From NCBI GenBank assembly GCA_963771465.1, contig CAVYTU010000010.1, positions 1-64,000 on the forward strand: DNA of 64,000 nt, in the 5' to 3' direction. This document shows, one piece after another, positions 1-10,006 of this stretch. Under the pieces are notes generated by a model. That model was not told where the DNA came from and made no database searches. It saw only the letters and a program-made list of their open reading frames with translations. Within the stretch, counting starts at the first letter, position 1. Each line of letters begins with the position of its first letter. Both the position numbers and the translations under genes were made by a program. This DNA is from an uncultured delta proteobacterium. GTDB taxonomy: Bacteria; Desulfobacterota; Binatia; UBA9968.

Positions 1-119
1 TCGACCCGCGGCCGCTCCGCTAGAGCTGGCCGGGGTTTCTTGTGGAGAGGGGTCCCTTGGACACACGAGTCCGTCGTCGGCGCGCGCTCGCTGTCGCCTT
101 AGCCGCCCTGCTCCTGCCC

Positions 120-1228
120 ATGGTCGCAACGAGACGGCAGATCGACGCCACCTCCCGCCGTCGGATATCGATTGCGCCCGGCAGTTGGCGTCCACTCCTG
201 ATGGCTGTGCTTCTCGCGGGCTGCGCTTCGCCTGGGGGAGCCTCTCCGGTAGGCTCGGTCCCGCCTTCGACGCCCTCGTCCACGAAGCCGTCGATCGCCG
301 TGCCGACAGCGACACCGGACGCCGTGCCGGCCATGACCTCCGTCGAGCCTGCCGCCGTCATCGACGTGCCGGGTTCATGGGCACCATCGCGGTGGTCACG
401 GACGGGACGACCGTTTGGGCAGCGGGCGAAGGAGCGATCCTCCGGATCGACGCCGCGACCAGCAGAGTCGAACGGCTGGCCGCACCCACGCAGTCGGACG
501 ACACGACGATGGCGTTCGCCGACGACGGTCTGTGGGTGACCCGCTGGGCGGGGCACCACCTCTATCGCCTCGACCCGAAAACCGGCAAGGTGCTGCTGTC
601 CGTCGACGTGCCAGCCCCGGTCAGGATCGCATTCGTCGGTAATGACCTGTGGGTCGGGCTCGAGAACGCCCACAAGATGACGGTCGTGGACCGCAAGACC
701 GGGGTGCTCGGGCGATCCGTGGACGCCGGAGCCTACGGTACGTCGGGTCTCGGTGACCTGTGGTTTGCATCGGACCACAGCACCACGATCGAGCGCGTGG
801 ACCCCGCCTCGGGCTCGGTCAAAGCCACGATCGAGGGCAAGGGCGAGGACAACTGCAGCATCACCGGCGAGTTTCCCAACAACGTCTGGTTGAGCTGTTT
901 TGGCCGCGACGTCCGGTCGCGTTCCGCTTCCCGGATCGATCCCGCGACGAACACGACGGCGGCGGTCGCGACGGTGCCCCCAAGTCACGGTGGGTCCGTG
1001 GCGATCATCGACGGCGAGCCCTGGTTCGTCGGCCTGTTCGATGACGCCAGCGGAAACCCGCTCGGAGGGCTCCTTCGAATGGATCCCGCCACCGGCACAG
1101 TCGAGCGGTTCGTCTCTATCGGTCCTGCCGATCCCAACCCGCTTGTCGTTGCCGGAGGGGCGATCTGGGTCCCTGATGAGGCTGGTCATCGCATCCTCCG
1201 GGTTAACGTCGCCGATCTGTCCGGATGA
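120..1228 (+). CDS. Beta-propeller lipoprotein (Vgb/YVTN-like repeats), split by one frameshift near 375
   Basis: Frame of ORF 42..539 gives lipobox LLAGC and a Pro/Ser/Thr linker; frame of ORF 185..1228 continues with repeated blades (LWV...RLDPKTG, RVDPASG, RIDPATN, RMDPATG). Confidence 0.7.
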
Positions 1229-1383
1229 CACCGAACCGGCCTGTCCGCCACCGATCAGGTCATGGCGGTCGTCGAGCCGTTCCTGGCGGCGGCGGCCTCA
1301 CCGTGAAAGGAGGCGCGGTTGACCGGTCGCCTGGACAAGCACAGGTCAAGTGACATTGCGGGACGCTGAGCGACGCGACCGCC

Positions 1384-1944
1384 ATGTACCGTGTCGTCGT
1401 GGATCAAGGGGCGAGTTGGGGCGACCTCGCTGCCGCCCGCGGAGACATCGCGGCGGCCGGTCGCCGGCTGTTCTACGAACACGGGATCGGGCTCGGATTC
1501 CTGGCGACCATCCGAGCCGACGGCGGCCCGCGAGTCCATCCGATCTGTCCTGTCCTGACCGAGTCCGGCCTGTTCGGAATGATCATCCCCGGGCCCAAGC
1601 TCGACGACCTGCGACGGGACCCGCGATATGCCCTTCACAGTGAGACGGTCGCACCGCCGAACCAGGATGACGCGTTCTATGTCACCGGCATGGCGCTGGA
1701 AGTGGCCGACCGGGTCGCTTGGGAGGCCATCGCACTCCAGACCCTAGCCGAGCGTTCCACCGATGAGCGGTGGCCCGGGTTCGAGCGACAGGTATTGTTC
1801 GAGTTCCGCGTGGAGCGCTGCCTCCTGACCCTCACGCACGCCTCCGATGGGTCCCCGGCCGGTCACACGGTGTGGCATTCCGCCGAGCGCACTGGCGGCG
1901 CGCCCGCGGCGTTTGCGCCTGGCCCTCCGTCTACACTCGGCTGA
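1384..1944 (+). CDS. Pyridoxamine 5'-phosphate oxidase-like split-barrel flavin-binding protein
   Basis: FLATIRADGGPRVHP and KLDDLRRDPRYALHS motifs. Confidence 0.8.
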   Translation: MYRVVVDQGASWGDLAAARGDIAAAGRRLFYEHGIGLGFLATIRADGGPRVHPICPVLTESGLFGMIIPGPKLDDLRRDPRYALHSETVAPPNQDDAFYVTGMALEVADRVAWEAIALQTLAERSTDERWPGFERQVLFEFRVERCLLTLTHASDGSPAGHTVWHSAERTGGAPAAFAPGPPSTLG

Positions 1945-1988
1945 GGATTGCAGTTGCCGGGGATCTGCAGGAGGAGGGAATCTCGAGG

Positions 1989-2276
1989 ATGTGCTGCGTC
2001 GTCGCCGCCCTGTTCACGCTCGGCCCGCGCGCCGCGATCCTGTTCTGGTGGCTCGTTCAGCCGGTGCGCTGGGAGCAGACGTTCGATACCTTCCTGTGGC
2101 CGTTCGTCGGCTTCCTGATCCTGCCATGGACGACCCTGATGTACGTCCTGGTATACCCGGCGGGTATCGACGGCTTTGACTACATCTGGCTGGGGATCGG
2201 CGTCGCGATGGATGTGTTCAGCTGGGCTGGCGGCGGGTACACGAACCGCGATCGGCTTCCCACGTCCGCGGCCTGA
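1989..2276 (+). CDS. Small hypothetical membrane protein (95 aa)
   Basis: GGAGGAGG SD upstream of ATG 1989; about three hydrophobic segments, LPWTTL motif. Confidence 0.75.
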   Translation: MCCVVAALFTLGPRAAILFWWLVQPVRWEQTFDTFLWPFVGFLILPWTTLMYVLVYPAGIDGFDYIWLGIGVAMDVFSWAGGGYTNRDRLPTSAA

Positions 2277-2313
2277 CGGGAAACCTCCTGGGTTAAAGTC
2301 CGGAATTTATCCG

Positions 2314-3561
2314 TCATTGATCCAGTTCCCGTGCTTTCCCAACAGCCTTGTGAAGGGATGCGGTAATGTACTCCACGTGTTCGTCTGCGTAGCGTTCATT
2401 CCAGGGAAGAACGAGGATATCTTCCAATGCGGCAAAGGCGCCTGGAAAACGATGCGGGTTGTAGTCAACAGCTTCGGGCCGAGCCAGGGTAAATGGATAA
2501 CGGCTATTACCGAAGGTGCGCTGCTTCTGAAAGACCTCGCACATGAACGCGGGTTTCTGAATGTAACGTGGAACCGAATTCACACCCAAATCTTTCAAAT
2601 CCCTTGCCAATGCGACAGGTCCTCCTGGGATTTCTTTGCGATCGACACGAAGACAGTATTTCCAGTAGCTATGAGTACTATTAAAACCAATTGCTGGGGT
2701 GAAAATGCCTTTCAGCGAATTTAACTTCTGGGTCAGCTTGTCTGCCATGCGGATTCTCGTCTCGACTCCGCCCGCCAGTTTTGGCAGTTGCGCTACCGCG
2801 ACAGCGCCTTGGAGCTCGCTCATGCGGTAGTTGAGGGCCAAGAAATAGTGATCGGGTTGAGGGTCGCCGTAACCCCATCCTTTGTTTATAAATAGGACCA
2901 ACCGCCGCGCCACCTCGTCGTCGTTCGTTACGACCAGGCCGCCCTCTCCGGTAGTAATATGCTTGCCTTGTTGCAAGCTGAACGCTGCGATCTTGCCGAA
3001 CGTTCCCACCAGCCGACCGTCGAAACGTGCAAGAAAAGATTGAGCGCAATCTTCAATCACAGGAACGCCATGTTTTTCCCCAAGCTTCATAATCCCATGC
3101 ATGTCACAAGGGTTTCCGAAAAGATGCGTTATAATGATGGCTCGGGTATACTGGCTCAAGCGAGGTTCAATCGTCTCAGCCGAGATGTTGTATGTTTCCG
3201 GATCAACATCGGCGAAGACTGGAATAGCGCCCTGATAGAGGATCGGGGCAATCGCCCCCATGTCGGTGATGGGAGAAGTGATAATTTCATCTCCTGGTTC
3301 AGGATTGATCGCGGCGATTGCCGTGTGAACAGCGGCAGTTCCCGAAGCACATGCATACGCGTATTTGACGCCCAAGAGTTCAGCAAAGCGTTTCTCCAGA
3401 GTCTTAACCATGGTGCCGCTTACGCTGAATAACGTTCCGCTCCGAATCACATCAGACAACAGTGCGATCTCTTCTTCACCGAAAGACCGACCGGTAGTGT
3501 TCTGATCGGACGGCAAGCCGATCGGAGTTTCTGTAGCCGGTGTGGTCTGGGAATTACTCAT
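2314..3561 (-). CDS. DegT/DnrJ/EryC1/StrS family PLP-dependent sugar aminotransferase
   Basis: SGTAA, IEDCAQS, SLQQGKHITTGEGG (PLP lysine), NYRMSE; start overlaps the GT2 stop. Confidence 0.92.
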   Translation of the reverse strand: MSNSQTTPATETPIGLPSDQNTTGRSFGEEEIALLSDVIRSGTLFSVSGTMVKTLEKRFAELLGVKYAYACASGTAAVHTAIAAINPEPGDEIITSPITDMGAIAPILYQGAIPVFADVDPETYNISAETIEPRLSQYTRAIIITHLFGNPCDMHGIMKLGEKHGVPVIEDCAQSFLARFDGRLVGTFGKIAAFSLQQGKHITTGEGGLVVTNDDEVARRLVLFINKGWGYGDPQPDHYFLALNYRMSELQGAVAVAQLPKLAGGVETRIRMADKLTQKLNSLKGIFTPAIGFNSTHSYWKYCLRVDRKEIPGGPVALARDLKDLGVNSVPRYIQKPAFMCEVFQKQRTFGNSRYPFTLARPEAVDYNPHRFPGAFAALEDILVLPWNERYADEHVEYITASLHKAVGKARELDQ

Positions 3562-4684
3562 TTTTTTCGCTCCTTTTCTCTTGCATAGCTGCGTAGAGAC
3601 TGGTGCCCAGGTGAAAAATTTCTTCAAAGTAATTCCTACTTTGTAAAGCTAAAATCCCTAAGCTGATCAGCTGAATCGATAGAATCGAAGCGAGTCCGCC
3701 GACGATGAACGTATGGGGAGCTGCATTGAACGCCGCGATGACAGCGGCAGAGGCCCGAATATCAAAACGGCTGTATTGGGGAAGGTCGGAGTAATGCTCA
3801 AAAAAATGGATCAAGACCCAGGCGTCGGCGTACAAGGCAAATAAGAGCAGCACAAAACCGGGAAAGAGAAAAAACGTTACGGGCCTGAACAGAAATCCAG
3901 AAAGCAGAATGGAAAACATCTGACGCAGGATTTTCATGCTGGATTTGCGTTTGATTCCTTCGGTTTTCTGAAATTTCCAATCGAGATGGGCTGGTATTTC
4001 CTCAATGGAACCGTCGAGAAGCATGGTTTTGTAAATAATTTCCGGATTGATCTCCATTCCCGTCGATCTCAAGCTCAGCTTGCTCAAGAATTTTCGATCA
4101 TAGGCTCTGACCATGCCTGTCAAAGTCGAAAGATTGCCTTTAGCCGCGATGGAAAGGAATCGGTTCGCCCACACGCTTAAGATCCGCCTTAACGACGGCA
4201 CATTGGATATTTTTCCCCCTTTCATATAGGGAGATGCGGCAACCACCTTCGCTTTGCTTTCCCGCATCTTCTCAACAAGTTCTTCCACGTAGGCGGGCGC
4301 ATAACTCAAATCCAGATCAACAGTCACAATGTAATCGCCGCCGCAGCGAGAGAAGGCGGATCTAAGCGCCCGGCCCAGACCAAAGTTTCGTGGATGGTGC
4401 AAGACCTGGATATTATCCCGAGTCTTGGCGAAAGCCTCAGCGAGCTTGCCTGTTTCATCGGTGCTACCATCATTGACGACAATCATTTCCCAGCGGTAGC
4501 CGTCTTCGACCGACTTCATATACTGACAGAGGATGCTCAGATTTTTCTCCACGATCGAGGCTTCGTTGTAAGCGGGCACAACTAACGAAACTAGCGGTTT
4601 GGATGTCTTCGACTCTCCAGGACATCCGGCTGGGAAGGGCGGCAAGTCTCTGTCAAGTTCAGTTACCGCTTTGAACGTGCTCAT
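3554..4684 (-). CDS. GT2 glycosyltransferase (DPM1-like) with C-terminal TM helices
   Basis: VVPAYNEA, VNDGSTD, N-x-G-x-G-x-A, DLDL (DxD). Confidence 0.9.
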   Translation of the reverse strand: MSTFKAVTELDRDLPPFPAGCPGESKTSKPLVSLVVPAYNEASIVEKNLSILCQYMKSVEDGYRWEMIVVNDGSTDETGKLAEAFAKTRDNIQVLHHPRNFGLGRALRSAFSRCGGDYIVTVDLDLSYAPAYVEELVEKMRESKAKVVAASPYMKGGKISNVPSLRRILSVWANRFLSIAAKGNLSTLTGMVRAYDRKFLSKLSLRSTGMEINPEIIYKTMLLDGSIEEIPAHLDWKFQKTEGIKRKSSMKILRQMFSILLSGFLFRPVTFFLFPGFVLLLFALYADAWVLIHFFEHYSDLPQYSRFDIRASAAVIAAFNAAPHTFIVGGLASILSIQLISLGILALQSRNYFEEIFHLGTSLYAAMQEKRSEKNE

Positions 4685-5873
4685 GAGGTACCTCGCTCAG
4701 CAATTTGGCGATGACTTGCGCGATACGTTTTCCGCTGTCACCCTCACCAAAGGGATTACGGACTTTTCTGATTTCGTCGAGCCAATTGCCATTCTGGCGC
4801 ACTTCCTCGAGCATGGCGGCCAGACACTCGGGAGACCCGCCTACAAGCCGTGCTACACCCAACTCTACTGCCTCCGGTCGTTCGGTGTTTTTCCGTAAGA
4901 CAAGTAGGGGCTTCCCTAAAGTGGGGGCTTCTTCTTGTATCCCTCCGGAATCGGACACGATGAGCCAGGCATGGGACAACAAGACGATGAAGTGTTCGTA
5001 ACTCAGCGGCTGAATGAGATGAATCCTGGGCTGTCCCGCGAGAATTGAGGTTGCCGGACCGAGGACTGCAGGATTGGGATGCACTGGAAATATAAGCGCG
5101 ATATCTTCGTACTGATCGATAAAATTTTTCAGAACTCGGAGATTTTCGGCCATGACCTCACCAAAGCTCTCTCGCCGGTGTGTTGTCAGAATGATCCGTC
5201 TCAATCCTTTCGTTGCCTGGAGCACTTCTTCGAGGACAGGTGTCGTTGCAGAACGCTCCAGTATGGTCTTGAGCGAATCGAGCACCGGATTGCCTGTAAC
5301 AAAGATGCTGCCATGCGGCACCCCCTCGGATAAAAGCGTGTCGCGATTGCGGGGCGTAGCCGCAAAGTGATAGGTGGACAGGCGCGTGATGATTCTTCGG
5401 TTCATCTCCTCTGGATAGGGATTGTAAGCATCTCCGGTCCGTAGGCCCGCTTCCACATGGGCAACCGGAATGCGCCGGTGGAATCCCGCGAGCGCCCCCG
5501 ACATGGCGGTGGTCGTATCTCCCTGGACGAGAATCATATCCGGCCTTTCTTGCGCCAGAATCGGATCGAGCGACGCCAGCACACGCGAACACACATTATT
5601 AGGCGTCTGGTTGGGTTCCATGATCTGCAAATCCTGATCGATGCGAATTCCAAATAGGCGGACAAAGGGGTAGAGGAGGTCCGTATGTTGAGCCGATGTA
5701 ACATTCACGGTCTGGAACAACTTGCCACGGGCCTCCAGCTGCTGAATGACCGGTGCGAGCTTGATGATCTCGGGGCGTGTTCCAAATATTGTTAGAATCT
5801 TTTTGCTGAATTTTTCCACTGCGAATGCCCCGGATTTATCAGGTGCAATTAAATTCCTCCGCGTAGGGATCAT
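4659..5873 (-). CDS. wecB: UDP-N-acetylglucosamine 2-epimerase (non-hydrolysing)
   Basis: FGTRPEIIK, VQGDTTT, HVEAGLR, PEEMNR, SDSGGIQEEAP, NPFGEG; start codon uncertain. Confidence 0.93.
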   Translation of the reverse strand: MIPTRRNLIAPDKSGAFAVEKFSKKILTIFGTRPEIIKLAPVIQQLEARGKLFQTVNVTSAQHTDLLYPFVRLFGIRIDQDLQIMEPNQTPNNVCSRVLASLDPILAQERPDMILVQGDTTTAMSGALAGFHRRIPVAHVEAGLRTGDAYNPYPEEMNRRIITRLSTYHFAATPRNRDTLLSEGVPHGSIFVTGNPVLDSLKTILERSATTPVLEEVLQATKGLRRIILTTHRRESFGEVMAENLRVLKNFIDQYEDIALIFPVHPNPAVLGPATSILAGQPRIHLIQPLSYEHFIVLLSHAWLIVSDSGGIQEEAPTLGKPLLVLRKNTERPEAVELGVARLVGGSPECLAAMLEEVRQNGNWLDEIRKVRNPFGEGDSGKRIAQVIAKLLSEVPHEHVQSGN

Positions 5874-6090
5874 TCTACAACGTCCTCTGCTATTTGTCTT
5901 GTAGATTCCCCAGGGTACCCTTATCCAAGCTATTGATTTTTTGAAGATTAGCGTGCTCTTCGGAGAAAAGGACGCTATTGCGGTTTGAAAAATGACCGGC
6001 AACGGAGACCAAGAATTCGCAAACTGTTCCAAAGCTCCGCGTTCAAATTGCTCGAGCTTGAGACGGTAAGTCGTCTCTCGAATAGTGGAA

Positions 6091-7417
6091 TTAACGACTC
6101 AATACTTGAGTCGACTGTATGGCTGGCCCTTCCGAAACAGGACAGATTCTGTCGAGGGTTTTGCTTAACTTATAAAGAAGGCATAGCAGAATGAACTGTA
6201 GCAGTAACGGTTGTACGAAATGCTCCGGCAGAGTCATGAACGCTAGCATATAGGCACTGATGCTTAGCCATCCGATCACGCCGATGAACTTGAGAGAAAC
6301 CGACGGTAATGCTCCCACCCATTTCCAAGGACGATGACACCGGCAGGCACAAATATGCAAAGATCGTAGTATAACAAGTATGGTGAAGAAATTGGCAGCA
6401 GTATAAGTGCCACTAGAAGAGTCAAAGATATTTTTGGAAATTCATTCAATGAGGTGGACTTTATCAGCTTCTTGCAGCGCCATGCTCCCGCGAGCCACAA
6501 TGTTGCCGCTGCGACATATATTGGCCACTTGACGTTGGCACCTAACTCCATCGGAAGCCTCAACAGAATGTCGGCAGGAAGGCTTGTAACGAGATATTCA
6601 CGGATTTTGTAAACGCCGGCATAGGACAGAGTTTCGCGAAGATGAAGGGAGTAAAGCCAAGAGTTGATGATGGTCATTGGGACAAACATCATTGTCAAAC
6701 TGATCAATGCGATCACACCGACAAAAAAACCAAGAAAGCATTTGAACCGACCCGCCAGGACCAGGGCAAAACTTACGAGGGCAGGGACGAATACGAACTG
6801 TGGCTTTAAGCAGACTAAGGACCACACAAGACCGGCCAGGAACGGGAGGTCTTTTTTGAATAAGAAGTACCCCCCGAGAGCGGCAAAAGTCCAAAAACAA
6901 GACTCACTTGCCCACTCCACAGAGTCGCTATTACAGGGAGAAAAAGGCTGCTCAAGAACAGGACGTCGCTCGCTCGTACGTTACTGGCGCGAGATAAAAA
7001 AACGGCAGATAACAGCAGGCCCAGAATGGATATTATCTGCCAAAACAAAAGTGAGATATTGGGATTTACCTTACTAAGCGGTGCAAAAATCCATGCGACC
7101 AGAGGAGTATATGCAAATATCGCCGTTGATTGTTTGGGTAAAGCGGGAACCAACCGATGCGCAGCTTCGTCGAACCGTGAATGCGTAAAAGAAGAGTCGT
7201 TCGGCGCCAGGTACAGACTTTCGGCCTGACCAGAAGCCATCAAGTACCCAGCGACATAAAAAGTCGAAATGTAATCAGATTCCCCGAAGCTTTTAGGATC
7301 GGCCAAATTAGTCTCCACCATAAGGAGCGTGAAAGCTAAACCCCAAACGGTTCCGAGAAACACCAGAATACGGTGCTGATCAATTTGCGTTAGCTTTCCA
7401 CTCCATGATTTTAGCAT
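6091..7417 (-). pseudogene. GT87/DUF2029-like membrane glycosyltransferase split by two frameshifts (about 6870 and 6300)
   Basis: Three consecutive ORF pieces carry D..FYVAG, FAYTP, GQVSL, LKPQF, SPYLLYYD and a hydrophobic tail; first shift at a C6 run (6870-6875); may be an assembly error. Confidence 0.7.
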
Positions 7418-7667
7418 TCCGTTCTCCGGTATTGATTAGAGCGCTTACAACTCGGCTAGAATTATTGTTGGAACAATTGCGGACAACGATTCTCCGCCGG
7501 ATCCGACGAATCGATATCACCGCGAACTACCGATGAATGTCTTGCGTTTCAGTCTGGGTCCTTTAAATAAGACGAAAGTCGATAACGCTCAGCCGGAATT
7601 CCGTGACAAGAAAGTTTATCTTCCTCATTTTGGTGATCACGGAGACGCGCAGCGGACGAATTGAGGC

Positions 7668-8414
7668 TCAGTGCTCGCCGACGCCGAGGCGGCCGATGAA
7701 CGGCAATTTCAACGCGGGTTTGAAAAAATCGATGCCGAAGTTGAGGCCGAGGAGGTTTAACTCAAATCCTTCTTCCCTCGCCATGGTCACGCCGAGGATG
7801 CCGAGCATGGAAAGTTGGTAGCCGGTGCCGCTGGGCGCGTGGTCGACGATGGAGCCATTGCTCGGATAGTCTTTGCCGATCGCCGTCGCCGGCAGATCCA
7901 TCCGTAGCTCGGGTACCTGGCGGCCGATGTAGGCGACGAACGTATTGCTATTGGGGCCGGGCCAGAGCATGTATTCGTCGGGGTATGGATAAGCGGTTAT
8001 CGCCTCAAAAATTTTTGGTATTGCTCTTGCCGCTGCCTCACCGCGCAAATCGGCGATCAGAGTCGGCTCGTTACCAAACCAGCGACCGTCAGGGATGCCG
8101 GCAGCTGAGAAGACGGCTGGCAGGCCGCGATAGGTGCGCCAGCCAATCACTTGATGAATGGTGTATTCCGTGGCGTTTTCCGGTTTGGTAGCGATCCAGG
8201 TGTGGACTCCAAAGATGCCACGCCAGTTCAGCGCGCGGGCGAAATAGACTTGCACGACCGCTTCCGGGGTTTTTTCCGCGAGCGGCGCAATGCCGGCGCT
8301 GGAACGGTCAGCGCGACGAAAGTCACGTCCTAGCGGCGCTTGACCGGAAAGCACGGTGTAGAGCGGCAGAGCGACAAATAACAGCAGTAAAATGGTTAAC
8401 ATCCGAGAGCGCAT
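7668..8414 (-). CDS. DUF3750-like protein
   Basis: N-terminal hydrophobic anchor; WRGIFGVHTWI and Y..WPGPNSNTF motifs. Confidence 0.8.
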   Translation of the reverse strand: MRSRMLTILLLLFVALPLYTVLSGQAPLGRDFRRADRSSAGIAPLAEKTPEAVVQVYFARALNWRGIFGVHTWIATKPENATEYTIHQVIGWRTYRGLPAVFSAAGIPDGRWFGNEPTLIADLRGEAAARAIPKIFEAITAYPYPDEYMLWPGPNSNTFVAYIGRQVPELRMDLPATAIGKDYPSNGSIVDHAPSGTGYQLSMLGILGVTMAREEGFELNLLGLNFGIDFFKPALKLPFIGRLGVGEH

Positions 8415-8560
8415 CGCTACAACTATGCGTGGGAGTATAACCAAAGCCGCGCGCCAACGCCAGACAGGGGCGCGCAAGATTCTCGCCATCCAGGATTCGA
8501 CATCCGAGTTCATTAATTGTAACTTCAGAACTGACAAAGCTTCTGCGTTTAAGAAAAAAT

Positions 8561-9043
8561 ATGGCGAATAATTTTCGCATTGGCCATGGCTTCGATGTGC
8601 ATCGGTTTCAGCGCGGGCGAAAATTGATGTTGGGCGGGATTGAGATTCCCCATACACGCGGGCTTTACGGCCATTCGGACGCCGATGCGGTGCTGCACGC
8701 ATTGATCAACGCGTTACTCGGCGCCATGGCGGAGGGTGATATCGGCTCGCATTTTCCCGATACCGATCCTCGTTTGAAGGGGATCGCCAGCAGCGAAATG
8801 CTCGCCGAGGCGCTGCGCATCATGCGGCGCAAACGGTTCAAACTAGTCAACGCGGATATCACGCTGGTGGCGCAGGCGCCCAAGCTCGCGCCGCATTACT
8901 TGCGCATGCGCCGGAGCGTTGCCGGCCTGTGTAAGGTTCGTGTCGATCGCATCAGCATCAAGGCGACGACGACCGAGCGGCTCGGTTGGCTTGGCGCAGG
9001 CAAAGGTATGGCGGCGACAGCGCTAGTTTTACTCGCAAAGTGA
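8561..9043 (+). CDS. ispF: 2-C-methyl-D-erythritol 2,4-cyclodiphosphate synthase
   Basis: RIGHGFDVH, GHSDAD, GDIGSHFPDTD, KATTTE. Confidence 0.96.
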   Translation: MANNFRIGHGFDVHRFQRGRKLMLGGIEIPHTRGLYGHSDADAVLHALINALLGAMAEGDIGSHFPDTDPRLKGIASSEMLAEALRIMRRKRFKLVNADITLVAQAPKLAPHYLRMRRSVAGLCKVRVDRISIKATTTERLGWLGAGKGMAATALVLLAK

Positions 9044-9121
9044 GACCTTATTGAGGTCGTTACGACGGCCAATTGGTTGACAAAAATGCATTTCTATAAT
9101 AATCAACAACGCTAATCTGAA

Positions 9122-9469
9122 GTGACATCCGATCCTGCCAATCTAGCGCCTGAAGCGCGTGAACATGAGATCGAAAGGTTAGCTCAAGAATTGGGCCGCC
9201 TGATTCAAGGCGCCGATCATGAGCAGCGCAACGATCTCAAAGAGCTGGCATTCGCGCTCATCCGCGAGGAGTTTATCCACAAGGTTGAGCCAAGCGAAAC
9301 ACAGGAAGGGTCGAAACCGGCGCCGTTCAATCCGTTGGGAACCGGCATCCTGTTGTTTATTTTGGGCGCGGGTTTGTCATTTATATTCGGGCCGGTCGGG
9401 TTGCTACTGATGCTCGCCGGGATTGGCTTTGCGATTTGGGGCGCGCTGATTACTTGGCTCAAAGGATAG
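9122..9469 (+). CDS. Hypothetical membrane protein, first gene of the Rieske/cyt b operon
   Basis: Acidic helical N-terminus plus two C-terminal TM helices; 7 nt gap to the Rieske gene. Confidence 0.65.
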   Translation: MTSDPANLAPEAREHEIERLAQELGRLIQGADHEQRNDLKELAFALIREEFIHKVEPSETQEGSKPAPFNPLGTGILLFILGAGLSFIFGPVGLLLMLAGIGFAIWGALITWLKG

Positions 9470-9476
9470 ATTACGT

Positions 9477-9995
9477 ATGGCAGAAGCGGAAAAGAAAAAA
9501 AGCGGTATTTGGTCGCGCCGAGATTTTTTCACTCGACTCGGCTGGGGCGGGTTCGGAATCTTTGGCGGTTTGAGTCTATTGGGCTTTTTGCGCTCGGCCT
9601 TTCCCCGGGTGTTGTTCCAACCGCCGTCGACTTTCAAAGCCGGGCTGCCATCCGACTACGCCGTCGGTGAAGTCAGCGAGAAGTACAAGCAAGACCAGCG
9701 CGTTTGGATCGTGCGTGAAGAAACCGGTGTCTATGCGATATTCGCCAAGTGTACGCACTTGGGCTGTACGCCGCGCTGGCTCGCCTCCGAGAACAAATTC
9801 AAATGTCCCTGTCACGGTAGCGGCTTTTTTAAGTCTGGCTTGAATTTCGAAGGGCCGGCACCGCGTCCGTTGGATCGCTTCCAGCTCACCGTCGGCGACG
9901 ATGGCCAGCTCGTGGTCGATAAGAACAAGATTTTCAGAGGCACGGCGGGCGCCGACCCTGACGAACAATATCCTGAGAGTATTCTCAAAGCTTAA
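9477..9995 (+). CDS. petC: Rieske 2Fe-2S subunit of a Rieske/cyt b complex
   Basis: Tat motif SRRDFF plus TM; CTHLGC and CPCHGS boxes; GPAPRPL. Confidence 0.95.
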   Translation: MAEAEKKKSGIWSRRDFFTRLGWGGFGIFGGLSLLGFLRSAFPRVLFQPPSTFKAGLPSDYAVGEVSEKYKQDQRVWIVREETGVYAIFAKCTHLGCTPRWLASENKFKCPCHGSGFFKSGLNFEGPAPRPLDRFQLTVGDDGQLVVDKNKIFRGTAGADPDEQYPESILKA

Positions 9996-10006
9996 CGGAA
10001 ATAATC

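Noticed and set aside
20-1231. 403-aa minus-strand ORF
   Set aside because: Antisense shadow of the GC-rich propeller gene; no recognisable motifs
7420-7668. Possible second contig junction or island boundary
   Set aside because: Composition changes, but I see no truncated gene, att site, tRNA or integrase
9077-9100. TTGACA...TATAAT perfect promoter boxes before the respiratory operon
   Set aside because: Spacer is only 12 nt, too short for sigma70; the AAATGCATTT palindrome alone is weak evidence
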